Source of the DNA: Octopus sinensis | Lineage: Eukaryota | Assembly (NCBI RefSeq): GCF_006345805.1 | Contig: NC_043016.1 | Span: 10,912,001 to 10,976,000 of the forward strand | Reading direction: 5' to 3' | Length of the DNA stretch: 64,000 bases | In this document: positions 25,156-37,727 of the stretch, piece by piece | Layout of the letters: the number at the start of each line of letters is the position of its first letter | How positions within the stretch are numbered: the first letter of the stretch is position 1 | Position numbers and translations under genes: made by a program | The notes under the pieces: generated by a model | Databases searched by the model: none | Told to the model about the DNA's origin: nothing | What the model saw: the letters and a program-made list of their open reading frames with translations, nothing else

Positions 25156-25504
25156 GAGTAATTATTACATCAGAGGATCTGCCAGCTAGGAAACGCACGT
25201 AGCTTGGATTTTACTTGTTTCACTGCCTCAGTTTGGATTTTTACTCACATTCATTTTGAGTCAAGTTGTTAACTCTGGACTATACAAAAAAGAAAAGGAC
25301 ATTGTTTTCAGCTCATTGATCTTCAGTATGGGAAAAGCCTACAACCCTCATCAATAAATTATTATTGTTCTTGAACGCTGTTCTTATATACCTACTGTGG
25401 ACTGCTGAAGCTTACAAACTTCATACACTTAAATCCTTGGATCTTATAATTAAAAATCGATATTTACACACACAAACAAACACACACACACATTTCGTTT
25501 TTGT

Positions 25505-25925
25505 ATAGATAACTTTCTTTATTGGCCACATAGGGCTGAATATAGAGGGGACAAATACAAATGTAGAGCTTTTCTTTTCGATGATGGAAAAAGAAAAAAA
25601 GGAACAAAAGAGGAAACAAATGTAAAATTCCGATCAAAAGGGAACAGGTAAAAAAGAAAATGTGATCAAAAGTATCACAGAAACAAAATTTTTTATAGTA
25701 AGAAACAAGATTAGGTTCATCCGTGGGAAGAAAAGCCTACAGAAAAGACCACGGTAACCTCAGTCAGGGAGGAAATAAACACATGAGAGCAAAGTGCTCT
25801 CTCTCTCTTTTACGATTTACAGGATCATGCTCAAAGTGGTTTCATCACTCACACGCACCATCTTTGCTACATTCACCCACCTTTTTTTGAAATTTTCGCG
25901 GGACAAAACCTGCCTCCCCATTCTC
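25505..25925 (-). mobile_element. LINE 3' end (ORF2 C-terminus and 3' UTR), possibly L1/Tx1 group
   Basis: Peptide ...RQVLSRENFKKRWVNVAKMVRVSDETTLSMIL*; the terminal 42 nt resemble the SINE B tail. Clade assignment is from memory. Confidence 0.55.
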
Positions 25926-26254
25926 ATGGTTTTGTATAGACAGACAGACAAAGATTGAGAGAGACAGAGAGGGAGGGGAAGAGGGGGAGAGAGAGTGAGA
26001 GAGAGAAATCTAACTCTACCCTGAAGAAGGCGAGAATTTTTCCAACGTTTGTTTGCTTCCATTACCACTTGCAAACTTTTGGTAAACTACACGTGCCAAC
26101 ATTATGAAGGACCCCACCCCCGAAACAACTGTCAGACATGTAACACCATACCTCTAATTCTATGTAAACCGAGTAAGTTTGCACAATTAATATATGAATA
26201 TATTTATATATATAAATAAATAAATTTTTTTCTCTCCTTGTTTTTTCTGTGTAC

Positions 26255-26290
26255 CTTTCTGTAGAAGAGCGTAGGCTCGAAACGTAAAAG
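26255..26290 (+). ncRNA. Minimal hammerhead-like motif with a variant core, inside a pseudo-LTR-like repeat (~26050-26400)
   Basis: CTTT-CTGTAGAA-GAGC gtag GCTC-GAAA-CG-TA-AAAG: 4-bp stem I, 4-bp stem II, palindromic ACGT stem III. Confidence 0.55.
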
Positions 26291-26506
26291 ACTTTTTCTA
26301 TTCCTGAGCGTTATACTAATACATCTGTTTGTTTTGTACACTACCTGTTTTCGTCTTTTGTTTTTTTCGTAAACTCTCCCTAAATAAATAAATGGAGTTT
26401 AAAGCAGGTATAATTCAAATACTTTTACTTCCGACACTTGTTTCAAAGATTTCCCTGATATTATCTATTTTTCCGTGTTAATTGTTAACAAGGGAAAAAT
26501 ACACTC

Positions 26507-26550
<44 letters not shown>

Positions 26551-26822
26551 TTGAATCTTAATCATGTGAAATTTATTTGGTCTTTACTTTTCTTTATTTA
26601 CATGTATGTACACAAACACACACACACATATTCTGTATATCAAGGAGTTTTATTGATTTATATGCATCATTGTCTCTATATGCATGTGTGTGGGGGGTGT
26701 ATTGTATGAATTATAGACACTTCCTATATTGATGCATGATGCAACTGTTATATGTATAAATAAAAATTAATAATTTATAGAAGCAAAATATATGAATAAA
26801 GGAACTTTAAATACACCTTGTC

Positions 26823-26853
<31 letters not shown>

Positions 26854-27177
26854 TATGTGTAGATATTATGTATATATATATATATATATATTCAAGTGCT
26901 GTGTTTTTACTGAGGTCTCCCTTTTAGTAGAAAAAATAGCTATAACTCTTTGACTGCTATTTCTAAATTCGGTGTGTGGTGAGGCAATTCGTTGCTAAAC
27001 CCTTAATTGCTTAGTATTACTTAAATTTTCCTCGAATGAGGCTTTTACATGCCAAAATCTACTTGGTGTAATTAATAATTATTCCAAATTAATTAATTTC
27101 ACCCTATATTGTTACTGATATATATATATATACACACACATACTCACACATATATATGTGTAGATATATATGTATAT

Positions 27178-27211
<34 letters not shown>

Positions 27212-27241
27212 ATATAAACGATGATGATGATGATGATGATG

Positions 27242-27272
<31 letters not shown>

Positions 27273-27413
27273 TACATACATATATATATATGAGTAATAT
27301 ATATATACATCCTACCACACAGCCACACCTGCACACAAACCCAAACACATACCTACACACACATTTATATATATTGATTTATTTATATATACATATTTAT
27401 TTATATATATATA

Positions 27414-27870
27414 TCATCATCATCATCATCGTTCAACGTCCGCTTTCCATGCTAGCATGGGTTGGACAGTTCAACCGCGGTTTGGGAAGCCAGAAGGCTG
27501 CACCAGGCCCAGTCTGATGTGGCAGTGTTTATACAGCTGGATGCCCTTCCTAACGCCAACCACTCCATGAGTGTAGTGGGTGCTTTTTATGTACCACCAG
27601 CACAGGGGCCAGAGGTGCTGGCAATGGCCACAATCAGATGGTGCTTTTTACATGCCACCGGCACAGAAGCCAGTTATGGCAGTGCTGGCACTGGCCACGT
27701 TCGGATGGAGCTTTTTACGTGCCACCGGTACAGGTATCACAACTACAATTTCCATTGATATTTATTTTGATGTTGATTTACTTAAATCACTAGGTCTCCT
27801 CAAGCACAGCAGGTCGTCCTACGATCCAAGGTACTTTGGATGGGCTGGGGCTGGTTATGTGAAACAGGTA
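27414..27870 (-). mobile_element. RTE LINE 3' fragment (three GGTGGCAC-type modules, GAT tail), same subfamily as 46560
   Basis: Reverse complement of the family 3' end; (TA)-rich tracts on both sides. Confidence 0.88.
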
Positions 27871-27929
27871 TATATATGCATATATATATGTAAATATATA
27901 TATTATATATGTACATACACACACAGAGA

Positions 27930-28013
<84 letters not shown>

Positions 28014-28218
28014 TAGATAGATAATACATACATACAAACATACATACATACACACATACATATATATGCATAAACATGAAAATATTTTGTGTTGGTGTAT
28101 GAGTGTGTGTTTCATGTATGGCATTCATGTATATATATGTATATACATACATTCATATATACATATATATATACATACACACGCATATATATATATATAT
28201 ATCATCATCGTCGTCGTG

Positions 28219-28253
<35 letters not shown>

Positions 28254-28524
28254 CGCACATAGATGTGTGTGCGTGTGTTTACGCGAGCGCTTGTGAGATA
28301 AAACAAAAATAGAGAGGGCAAAGAAGACAACATGAAAACTATTATAAGTTTTTAAAAATCACTATAGCAGAGTCGAATATATATATATATATATATTTCT
28401 TTCTTTGCATTTAAACACAAGTGTCTCACCAAAGAAAACTAAAACTCAAAAACATCGCGTTGGAAGTATCGTAGATTACAGAAAAAACAAAATTAAGAGA
28501 CACGAAATAATGAATATAATTTAA

Positions 28525-28947
28525 AAGAGGCAATCTTTCGTCTCTAGTAGACCTTTCCGTCGATTTCCGTAAAACTTTTATTTTTTTACATATGGGCTTG
28601 CGGGAACTTTTAAAGTAATGAGAGCGAAAGAGACTAAGAGAAAGCGATTGTATGACGAGGGAAGTTCTTTTGAAGTTACCGTGCATGGCAAGCATTGATG
28701 TACATGTGTGTGTGTTTGATGGGGTGTGGGAGACAGACAGTATGTTGTGTAAGTGAAGTGCTTCTGTTAGTGTGTGTGAAGAGACAGAGTAATGTGTGAA
28801 AGAAAGAGATAACTGAAATTTTTTACTCGGTGTATGTGTATATGTATGTATATTACTTCAAAAGTTCCCGCAAGCCCATATGTAAAAAAAAAATATATTT
28901 TTTACGGAAATCGACGGAAAGGTCTACTAGAGACGAAAGATCGCCTT
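28525..28947. repeat. Inverted repeat, ~95-bp arms (28525-28619 / 28852-28947), pseudo-LTR-like
   Basis: AAAAGTTCCCGCAAGCCCATATGTAAAAAA...TTACGGAAATCGACGGAAAGGTCTACTAGAGACGAAAGAT on both strands. Confidence 0.85.
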
Positions 28948-29668
28948 AAAAGAGAAGACAGGTAACTTTTCACAAATACAAACTAAAAAAACAAAAAACA
29001 ATTAAACATGATTGCAATTATAATTATAATTATTATAATAATGTTGAGAATGAAACAAAATTTACAAGAAATATATCGGAAATGAAATATTTTTAGAAAG
29101 AAAGAAATCATGGAAAAGAAGAATCCTTAAAAAGTTTTACCTATTTCGACAAAAGTATTAAAACTGGTTGTCATTGGTATCTGATGTGGCTTTGACAGGT
29201 GACATCATTTGCATCCTGTCTGTCTGTCTCTCTCTCTCTTTTCTTTTCTTTCTTCTTTTCTTCGCCTATCTCTATCTTTCTTTGGTGAATGCGTTGGGAG
29301 TGATGAGGTGGTGTGTCTCGGGGGGGGGGGGGTTCTTAGAAAAACTCAATAAGGGTTAAATTGTGAAAAGGGTTTTTTTTTAATAGTTTTGTTCTTGTGA
29401 ATACTCGTTCTCTTCTTTCTTTCTTTCTTTATTTCTTTTCTTTTCTTTTTTTTTTAGTCCCTTAGGCTTTGTTTAAGTCCAAGTTGTGTTTTAACTTGAA
29501 GACGTTGTTGTCATGAAGTATTTCTTAAGTATTTAATGGAATTATTTATTGCCAGAGAATTAGTAAGCTCGGAGTGACTTACTTTATATAAACTGGGCTC
29601 TCGGTGACGAGGAAGTGTAACTCATATTCCGATAGGTTTATGCATGCATGCACGCGCACACACATGTA

Positions 29669-29699
<31 letters not shown>

Positions 29700-30587
29700 A
29701 CGTACTGTTTGAATGTCCTATTATGTTATATATCTGTGTGTGTGCGTACGTATGTTTCCGTATGTAAGTATATATATATATAGGTGTGTGTGTGCGTATG
29801 TATGTATGTATATAAGTGTGTGTGTGTGTGTGTATATACGTACGTATGAATGTTTGTGTGTGCGTACGTATGTTTGCGTATGTAAGTATATATATATATA
29901 GAGAGAGAGCGATTTATATATATATATGTGTGCGTATGTATGTATATAAGTGTGTGTGTGTATATACGTATGTATGTGTGTTTGTGTGTGCGTACGTATG
30001 TTTGCGTAAGTATATATATATAGAGAGAGAGAGAGAGACAGAGATTTATATATATATGTATGTGTGTGTGCGTATGTATGTAAGTGCGTGTATATGTATA
30101 TATGTGTATATACGTACGTACGAATGTATTAAAACATAATTAATTACACAGTTTCTGAAAGCACCCAAACACACGCGCACACACACACATACACTCAACA
30201 GTCTCGGCCACGAGTCAGCGCGGGTTATAAGCAATTATAAAGTATTGTTTACATAGGCAGGACTCTGTCCATAGTTGCATGTTTGTTTGTTGCCTGACAA
30301 CTTAGAAACCACATTCAAGGCAGCCTTCATCTACGCCGGTCATGCAACGTCTGGCGACGAGGATAGCTATAAAGGATCAAGTGTCGCGCGTTACTACGCG
30401 ACATTTCTTATACACACAATCTTCATTGATATATATATATATATACAAGCTTTGTTAGGTTTAGTTTACTTTGGTAAACAAAACAGGGGGGAAAAAAAAC
30501 AAAAAAACTTTACTACTTTCTACTCACACATAATTACACGTAGTAGAGGATCTCTTCGTATACTAGGTATGTAAGTATGTATATGTA

Positions 30588-30835
30588 GGTACTACTTAAG
30601 AAAAGTGGTCCCGGTGCGCGCACTCGCGTACTCGCGCATCCGCGCTAGCTAGTCGTGACTAGTCGATCCTACAACGACTATCTAGCAAAGTAAATAAAAC
30701 AAAATAAATAATTTTTTTACACAAAGTAAATAATTTTTAAACAAAGTAAATAAAACACAAGAACACAAAGGATCGACTAGTCACGACTAGCTAGCGTGGA
30801 TGCGCGCATCGGGACCACTCTACTTAAGTAGTACC
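30588..30835. mobile_element. MITE (248 bp) with long terminal inverted repeats GGTACTAC...GTAGTACC; candidate Merlin family
   Basis: TIRs start with GG; flanks TATATGTA / TATGTGTA (8-bp target-site duplication, 1 mismatch); homologous to 62748-62993. Confidence 0.75.
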
Positions 30836-30899
30836 TATGTGTATATATATATGTGTGTGCGTGTGTGTTTGTATGTATGTATGTATACACACATACACA

Positions 30900-31090
30900 C
30901 ACATGTGGCCTTGTGGTTAGGGTGTTGCACACACGATCGCGGGATCGTGGTTTCAGTTCCTGGACCGGGTGGTACATTGTGTTCTTGAGCAAAACACTTC
31001 ATTTCACGTCTCTCTGCGATCACTCCGACACCCGTCGTGTTGCACACAGTGCACCTGTCCAGGCAACGTCGATTTTTATGGAGTGGGGTC
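30900..31090 (+). mobile_element. SINE family C-related copy
   Basis: TGGTTAGGGTG head, GTTTCAGTTCC B-box-like, TGTGTTCTTGAGCAAAACACTTCATTTCACG body. Confidence 0.75.
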
Positions 31091-31415
31091 AGCTCATGTA
31101 CAGCCACTGACTTAGCCAGGAGTGGGGACGATAGGGACGGTCCTCCCCGTGCAGCACTTTTATAAGGGCACCGCTTTTGGGGTCTGCGGTAGGCAGTATG
31201 AGTTTTCTGTGGGGTCCGGGAAATGGAAGGGCCGCCTCGGGTTGCACACACTGGCTTGTGTGTACAGCACATGCATTTTGATGTCTATAAACAAATATTT
31301 TGTGCAGGGTCATTCAGCAAAAACTTTGCACTTATACATCGTTGTCGACAGGAGATTCTGTCTTACAAACGTGTGTGTATGTGTGTATCTACATACACAC
31401 GCGCGAGTGAGTGCA

Positions 31416-31511
<96 letters not shown>

Positions 31512-31547
31512 CATACATACATATACACATACACACACACATATATG

Positions 31548-31776
31548 TTCTTTTACTTGTTTCAGTCATTTGACTGCGGCCATGCTGGAGCAGCACCTTC
31601 AGTCGAGCAAATCGACCCCAGGATTTACTCTTTGTAAGCCAAGTACTTATTTTATCGGTCTCTTTTGCCGAACCACTAAGTTACAGGGATGTAAACACAC
31701 CAGCATCGGTTGTCAAGCAATGTTTGGGGGACAAACACAGACACGCGCGCGCGCACGCACACACACACACACACAC

Positions 31777-31807
<31 letters not shown>

Positions 31808-32412
31808 CAACATCACAATCAAGGAACGGCCATAATAGGCCATTCACCCACTAGAAATAACAGCCAAAAGCTTCAACCGCAAAATAACATCAATTCCGTA
31901 AACCAGGAGAAAATTAAAAAAACATTTACCCTGTAATTTCTTATACGATGCACCGTTTCATCTACTGTTTAATGGTAAACTAACCTGATTAAATTAAATC
32001 AAGCCAATCTACCATAGGCCCTTAGATTCATCAGTAAGAAATAGCCAAGTCGGAACAGATATTTTTCACGAGGCATTCCCGTCCCTGCCTCGGCAATATC
32101 TGACCTAAAATTTTCAAATCATCGCACTCACGCCAAATTTATCGGCAGCAAATAAATATAAGCCGCCGATTCCATTACGGAATTAACCAGAAAATTCATA
32201 ATTAATCAATATAGGGTGGCAAAAAATTTTGTAGAATTTTTTTGCCACCAGCGGCATACGACGGTCTTCTTCTCAGTTTCTGTCTATCAAATCCACTCAC
32301 AAGGCTTTGATTGGCCCAAGGGTATAGTAGAAGACACTTGCCCAAGGTGCCACGCAGTGGGACTGAACCTGGAGTCACGTGGTTGGTAAGCAAGCTACTT
32401 ACTACACAGCCA
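31548..32412 (-). mobile_element. SINE family A split in its central (TA)n by a ~450-bp unclassified insertion (31805-32255)
   Basis: 3' half at 31548-31745 and 5' half at 32255-32412 are colinear. Confidence 0.8.
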
Positions 32413-32434
32413 TAGTATGTATTATATTATAGGT

Positions 32435-35400
32435 ACAAGATTTTCTGGGCAGGGAACACTGACGGGGTTGGTGGCGTGGGTTAATATAATCGCTGAGAAA
32501 TGGATAGATAGAGTAATTGAGGTAATCAGAGTAAGTGACAGAATACTTAAGATTAGAATAGTGCTTCATAATAGATTAGCAACCATTATATCGGCCTATG
32601 CCCCTCAGCCAGGGCTACCCGATGGACAGAAAGACAGTTTCTATGACACCCTACTGCAGACCACCTCATCGACGAACGACAGGGACCTTCTCTTTGTGGC
32701 TGGTGATTTCAATGGGCATGTTGGACGACATGCTGGGGGCTTCCATGGCGTACATGGAGGCTACGGTTATGGTTCCCCAACGAGGAGGGAACCAGGCTGC
32801 TGGAGTTCTGCGATGCGAATAGTCTTATGGTCTGCAACACTAACTTCAGGAAACCAACAAGCCACCTGGTCACCTACCGATCGGGCGGCATACTAGCCAA
32901 ATCGACTACATCCTTGCCAGAAAAAGGGAAAGATGGCTGCTTAAAAATGCCAAAACCTTCCCAGGCGAAGAATGCACCCCACAACATAGACTGGTAGTTA
33001 GTGACTTTAGGATCAGGACTAAGAGGGCGACTAGAAGACGACCAACATGGAGAAGAAGGGTCTGGAAGCTTAAAGCCCCTGCGAATGGACAGAGATTTAG
33101 AGATATGTTACTTGAAGCCTTTGACGAAGTGGAAGGGGGTATAGCTACACATGGGGTAGAAGACAACTGGACGTTTCTGAGGGACAACCTGCTGAAAGCC
33201 ACTGACCAGATCTGTGGCTGGTGCAAAGTCCCCTTAAGACCCAAAATAACGTGGTGGTGGAACAATATTGTTGACAGGGCTATTAGACAAAAGAAACAGG
33301 CTTGGAAGGCCTGGAAGAACGGTGGTAGCAGGGAAGGGTATCAGACTGCCAGAAGGGAAGCTAGGAGACAGGTCTATCTAGCCAGAGGGGAAGCAGATAA
33401 GAGAAAATTGCCAATGTCCTGCGCCGTGAGGAAAAGACTTGAGGTATTTCGTGTTGCAAGACAGTGTGTGAGAGAGAATCGTGATGTGGTAGGAGAGAAA
33501 TGTGTTCGCATGGAGGATGGTTCACTTGCGCTAAATGAGGATGCAAAGAGAGAAGCTTGGAGACGCCACTATGAAAGGTTACTGAATGAGGAAAATGAAT
33601 GGGATAAAGAGAGTCTGCCGAATGTTGACCCTACAGAGGGACCAGCTATCCGAGTTGATAGTTCCGTGGTAGCTAAGGCAATTAGAAGCATGAAGACAGG
33701 GAAAGCCCCAGGCCCATCAGGAATTACTGCAGAGATGCTCAAAATATCTGGCAGTGTCGGCTATAACCTAGTCACCCGTATAGTCAACCAGGTGATACAC
33801 GAAGGAGTCATACCCAATGACTGGTGCAGCAGCATACTAGTCAACTGCTACAAAGGTAAAGGTGATGCCCTAGATACAAATAATTACAGAGGTATCAGCT
33901 GTTGGATCAAGTAATGAAGGTTACGGAGAGGGTCATAGCCCAACTAATTAGAGAGAGAGTTAGTTTAGATGAGATGCAGTTTGGGTTCGTGCCAGGAAAA
34001 AGTACCACTGATGCTATATTCCTGGTAAGGCAGCTGCAGGAGAAATACCTAGCCAAAGATAAGCCCCTGTACCTGGCTTTCGTTGACACGGAGAAAGCTT
34101 TTGATAGGGTCCCCTGATCCCTTATCTGGTGGTCAATGAGGAAACTAGGGATAGATAAATGGCTGGTGAGGACTGTGCAAGCCATGTACAGAGATGCCGT
34201 AAGTAAGGTTAGGGTTGGCAACATGTACACAGAAGAATTCAAAGTAGAGGTTGGGGTCCACCAGGGTTCAGTACTCAGCCCCCTCCTATTTATCATAGTA
34301 CTCCAGGCAATTACGGAGGAATTCAAGACAGGCTGTCCCTGGGAGCTCCTCTACGCTGACGACCTTGCTCTTATTGCTGAGTCACTATCAGAACTGGAGG
34401 AGAAGTTCCAGGTGTGGAAGGAGGGTTTAGAATCAAGGGGCCTTAGAGTCAACCTAGCTAAAACCAAAGTACTAATAAGTAGAAAGGTAGACAATCCACA
34501 AATATCTTCAGGAAGATGGCCCTGCTCGATCTGTAGAAAAGGTGTAGGTAGAAACTCTATAAGATGTACCCAGTGTAAGCTATGGACACATAAGAGGTGC
34601 AGCAATGTCAAAGGTAGGCTAACTGGGAAGATAGTTTTTGTATGTGGCAGATGCTCGGGAGCATTAACCTCCGAAAATCTGCAGAAAACAACTTCCGTCA
34701 CTTTCCAGGGGGAAAAACTAGAAGTAGTTGATAGCTTCCGTTATCTAGGTGACCAAGTCAGTAGTGGGGGTGGGTGCGCTGAAAGTGTAACTGCTAGAAT
34801 AAGAATAGCCTGGGCAAAGTTTAGGGAGCTCTTACCTCTGCTGGTGACTAAAGGCCTCTCGCTCAGAGTAAAAGGCAGACTGTATGATGCGTGTGTACGA
34901 ACAGCCATGCTACATGGCAGCGAAACATGGGCTGTGACTGCTGAGGACATGCGTAAGCTCGTGAGGAATGAAGCCAGTATGCTCCGATGGATGTGTAATG
35001 TCAGTGTACATACTCGACAGAGCGTTAGCACCTTGAGAGAAATGTTGTACCTAAGAAGCATCAGTTGTGGTGTGCAAGAGAGACGATTGCGCTGGTATGG
35101 TCATGTGGCGAGAATGGATGAAGATAGGTGTGTGAGAAAGTGCCAATCCTAGCAGTTGAGGGAACCCGTGGAAGAGGTAGACCCAGGAAAACCTGGGACG
35201 AGGTGGTGAAGCACGACCTTCGAACTTTAGGCCTCACTGAGGAAATGACCAGAGACCGAGACCTTTGGAAATATTCTGTACGAGAAGACCAGGCAGGACA
35301 AGTGAGCCCAGCCCACTTATGATGCCTTTCCTCCTCCCTTGGACACAAAGACCGGTTGAGGCAAGCGAAGTCGATATAGAACCTCATCCGACGACAGACA

Positions 35401-36126
35401 CCCATCCCAACCCCCCATGCTTGCGAAGACATGTTGGGGCAAGCGAAATCGAACCGAATTGAACCAGCCAGGATCCCTGGCCTGGTGGTACGTAAAAAGC
35501 ACTATCCGACTCGGGGCCGTGGCACGTAAAATACTCCAATGCGACCGTACGACAGGCACCCTTGCCAACCCCCTTTGCTTGTGAAGACATGTTGGGGCAA
35601 GCGAAATCGAAATCGAATTGAACCAGCCAGGATCCCTGGCCTGGTGGTACGTAAAAAGCACTATCCGACTCGGGGCCGTGGCACGTAAAATACTCCAATG
35701 CGACCGTACGACAGGCACCCTTGCCAACCCCCTTTGCTTGTGAAGACATGTTGGGGCAAGCGAAATCGAAATCGAATTGAACCAGCCAGGATCCCTGGTC
35801 TGGTGGTACGTAAAAAGCACTATCCGACTCGTGGCGATGCCAGCACCGCCTCGACTGGCTTCCGTGCCGGTGGCACATAAAATACACCAATCTGACCGTG
35901 GCCGTTGCCAGCCCCGCCTGGCACCTGTGCAGGTGGCACGTAAAAAGCACCCACTACACTCACGGAGTGGTTGGCGTTAGGAAGGGCATCCAGCTGTAGA
36001 AAACATTGCCAAATTAGACTGGAGCCTGGTGCAGCCTTCTGGCTTCCCAGAACCCCGGTCGAACCGTCCAACCCATGCTAGCATGGAGAACGGACGTTAA
36101 ACGACGATGATGACTACGATGATGAT
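32435..36126 (+). mobile_element. RTE-clade LINE, 5'-truncated and inactive: AP endonuclease, RT, PHD finger, C-terminus, ~820-bp 3' UTR, (GAT)n tail
   Basis: EN motifs SAYAPQ, VAGDFNGHVG, IDYIL, HRLVV; RT motifs QFGF, STTDAIF, FVD.EKAFDRV, GVHQGSVLSPLLF, YADD (34352-34363), FRYLG; RRLRWYGHV.RM and GRPRKTW. Frameshifts near 32.45, 32.8, 33.41, 33.9 and 35.15 kb; TGA at 34115. Confidence 0.97.
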
Positions 36127-36199
36127 ATATATGTGTGTGTGTGTGTATACATACATACATGCATTATATATAAAAAATATATATATATCTATAAATATA

Positions 36200-37727
36200 T
36201 AAAATCAAAATAAGTAACAGAATTTCAAGTAGTAATGCATTTCAAGCAGCTCCATTTAATTGAACAATGCAATCATTACATCAATTTTAAATCCAGCGCT
36301 ATCTTCAGCTGCACAGATATGGAATTTTAACAGACAAGACAAGATACATTAATATAATCTTTCTTAAATATTTTAACAGAGCAAGAGGATAGAAGAAATT
36401 CATGTTGTGGCTATTGTAGCAGGAATAGCTAAGAGAACAGACTATTTATTTATAGAGTGGCATGGAAAACAGTGGGAGTAGGGTGTCGTAGGGTTATAAT
36501 TCATTTCCAAATATTATCTCTTTCTTTATCATTCAACTAAAACCTGAGACTAGAAGACTGTGTATATTTAGGATAAAGAGCAAAAGGGAGTTGACAGTAG
36601 ATGGCTGGCTATTGGTCATAAATTTTTTCAAAGATATCCCACCACCCACCCTCATGAAAAAAATAAAACTTTAGATAAGATTCAATTCGGATCGGAGACC
36701 CCCTTCGGTCACGACACAGACCATGGGATTGCACCTAGAAAGTTACCCTCCTAGATACAAGTCCGGGCAAGGTTGTTTTATGGAAGACCAGCAGTCGCCC
36801 ATGCATACCAGCCACCCCTCTCCATGTCACCAGTGTTATCCAAGGGAAAGACAAAGGTCGATACAGCTTGGCACAATGATGTCGCAACTCATTTCTACAG
36901 CTGAGTGAACTGGAGCAACGTGAAATAAAGTGCCTTGCTCAAGAACACAACATGCAGCCCGGTCCGGGATTTGAGCTCACAACCTCACGATCGTAAGCTC
37001 GACGCTCTAACCACTGAGCCATGTGCCTTCATGATTCAAGATTCAATTAGGTAGAAGTAAATGTCTATAAAAGAGGTTGGGGCAGGGGTGATATTAATCC
37101 ATGATGTTGTTGCCAGTTAAAGGGGCAGACATTATGAAACTTAGGGTGCTATAATGGGGTTCAGAAAAAATATTAGGGACCCAGTGGGAGAACGTGTATT
37201 AACAACATTATTGTGTTGTATAAGAATTTTTTTAAATTTCAGAAAAATTTGATATCATAACCAAGTAAGGTAAAAAGTATACATGGATCAATGTAGAATC
37301 AATTAATTAGATTAATTAATCTCTATAAAGATCACTCAAACCACTTACATATGCAATATCTGGAAGGATATACATACTATCTACTGATTGAAAGTAATGA
37401 ATCAGAAGCAGGGTAATTAGATAATGATTTAATTATGTCTAACATAATTAAATAATAATATACAAGAAAAAGTGTGTACTGATATAAGTAGGTGTAATAG
37501 CATAAAAAATAATGCATACAGATACATATCCATATATATATACATATACATATACACACACACACACATACACATATCTTGTTTGTTGAAATTCCATATT
37601 TGTGCGACTGAAGATAGCACTGTAATTTAAAATTGATGTAATGATTGCATTGTTCAATTAAATGGAGCTGCTTGAAATGGTCATACTGCATTACTGCTTG
37701 AAATCCTGTTACTTATCTTGTTTTTAT
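36200..37727. repeat. Inverted repeat, ~150-bp arms (36200-36345 / 37576-37727), pseudo-LTR-like
   Basis: CAAGCAGCTCCATTTAATTGAACAATGCAATCATTACATCAATTTTAAAT is present on both strands. Confidence 0.85.
36690..37030 (-). mobile_element. tRNA-derived SINE (family C-type head and core, different tail)
   Basis: Reverse complement: GAAGGCACATGGCTCAGTGGTTAGAGCG head, TGTGTTCTTGAGCAAGGCACTTTATTTCACGTTGCTCCAGTTCACTCAGCTG core. Confidence 0.8.

Noticed and set aside
28890-28947. Hammerhead in the 28.5-28.9 kb inverted repeat
   Set aside because: GTCT/AGAC stem plus GAAA-GATC is suggestive, but there is no CTGANGA-like core or NUH site. Similar partial motifs at ~25330, ~29604 and ~32030 were also dropped.
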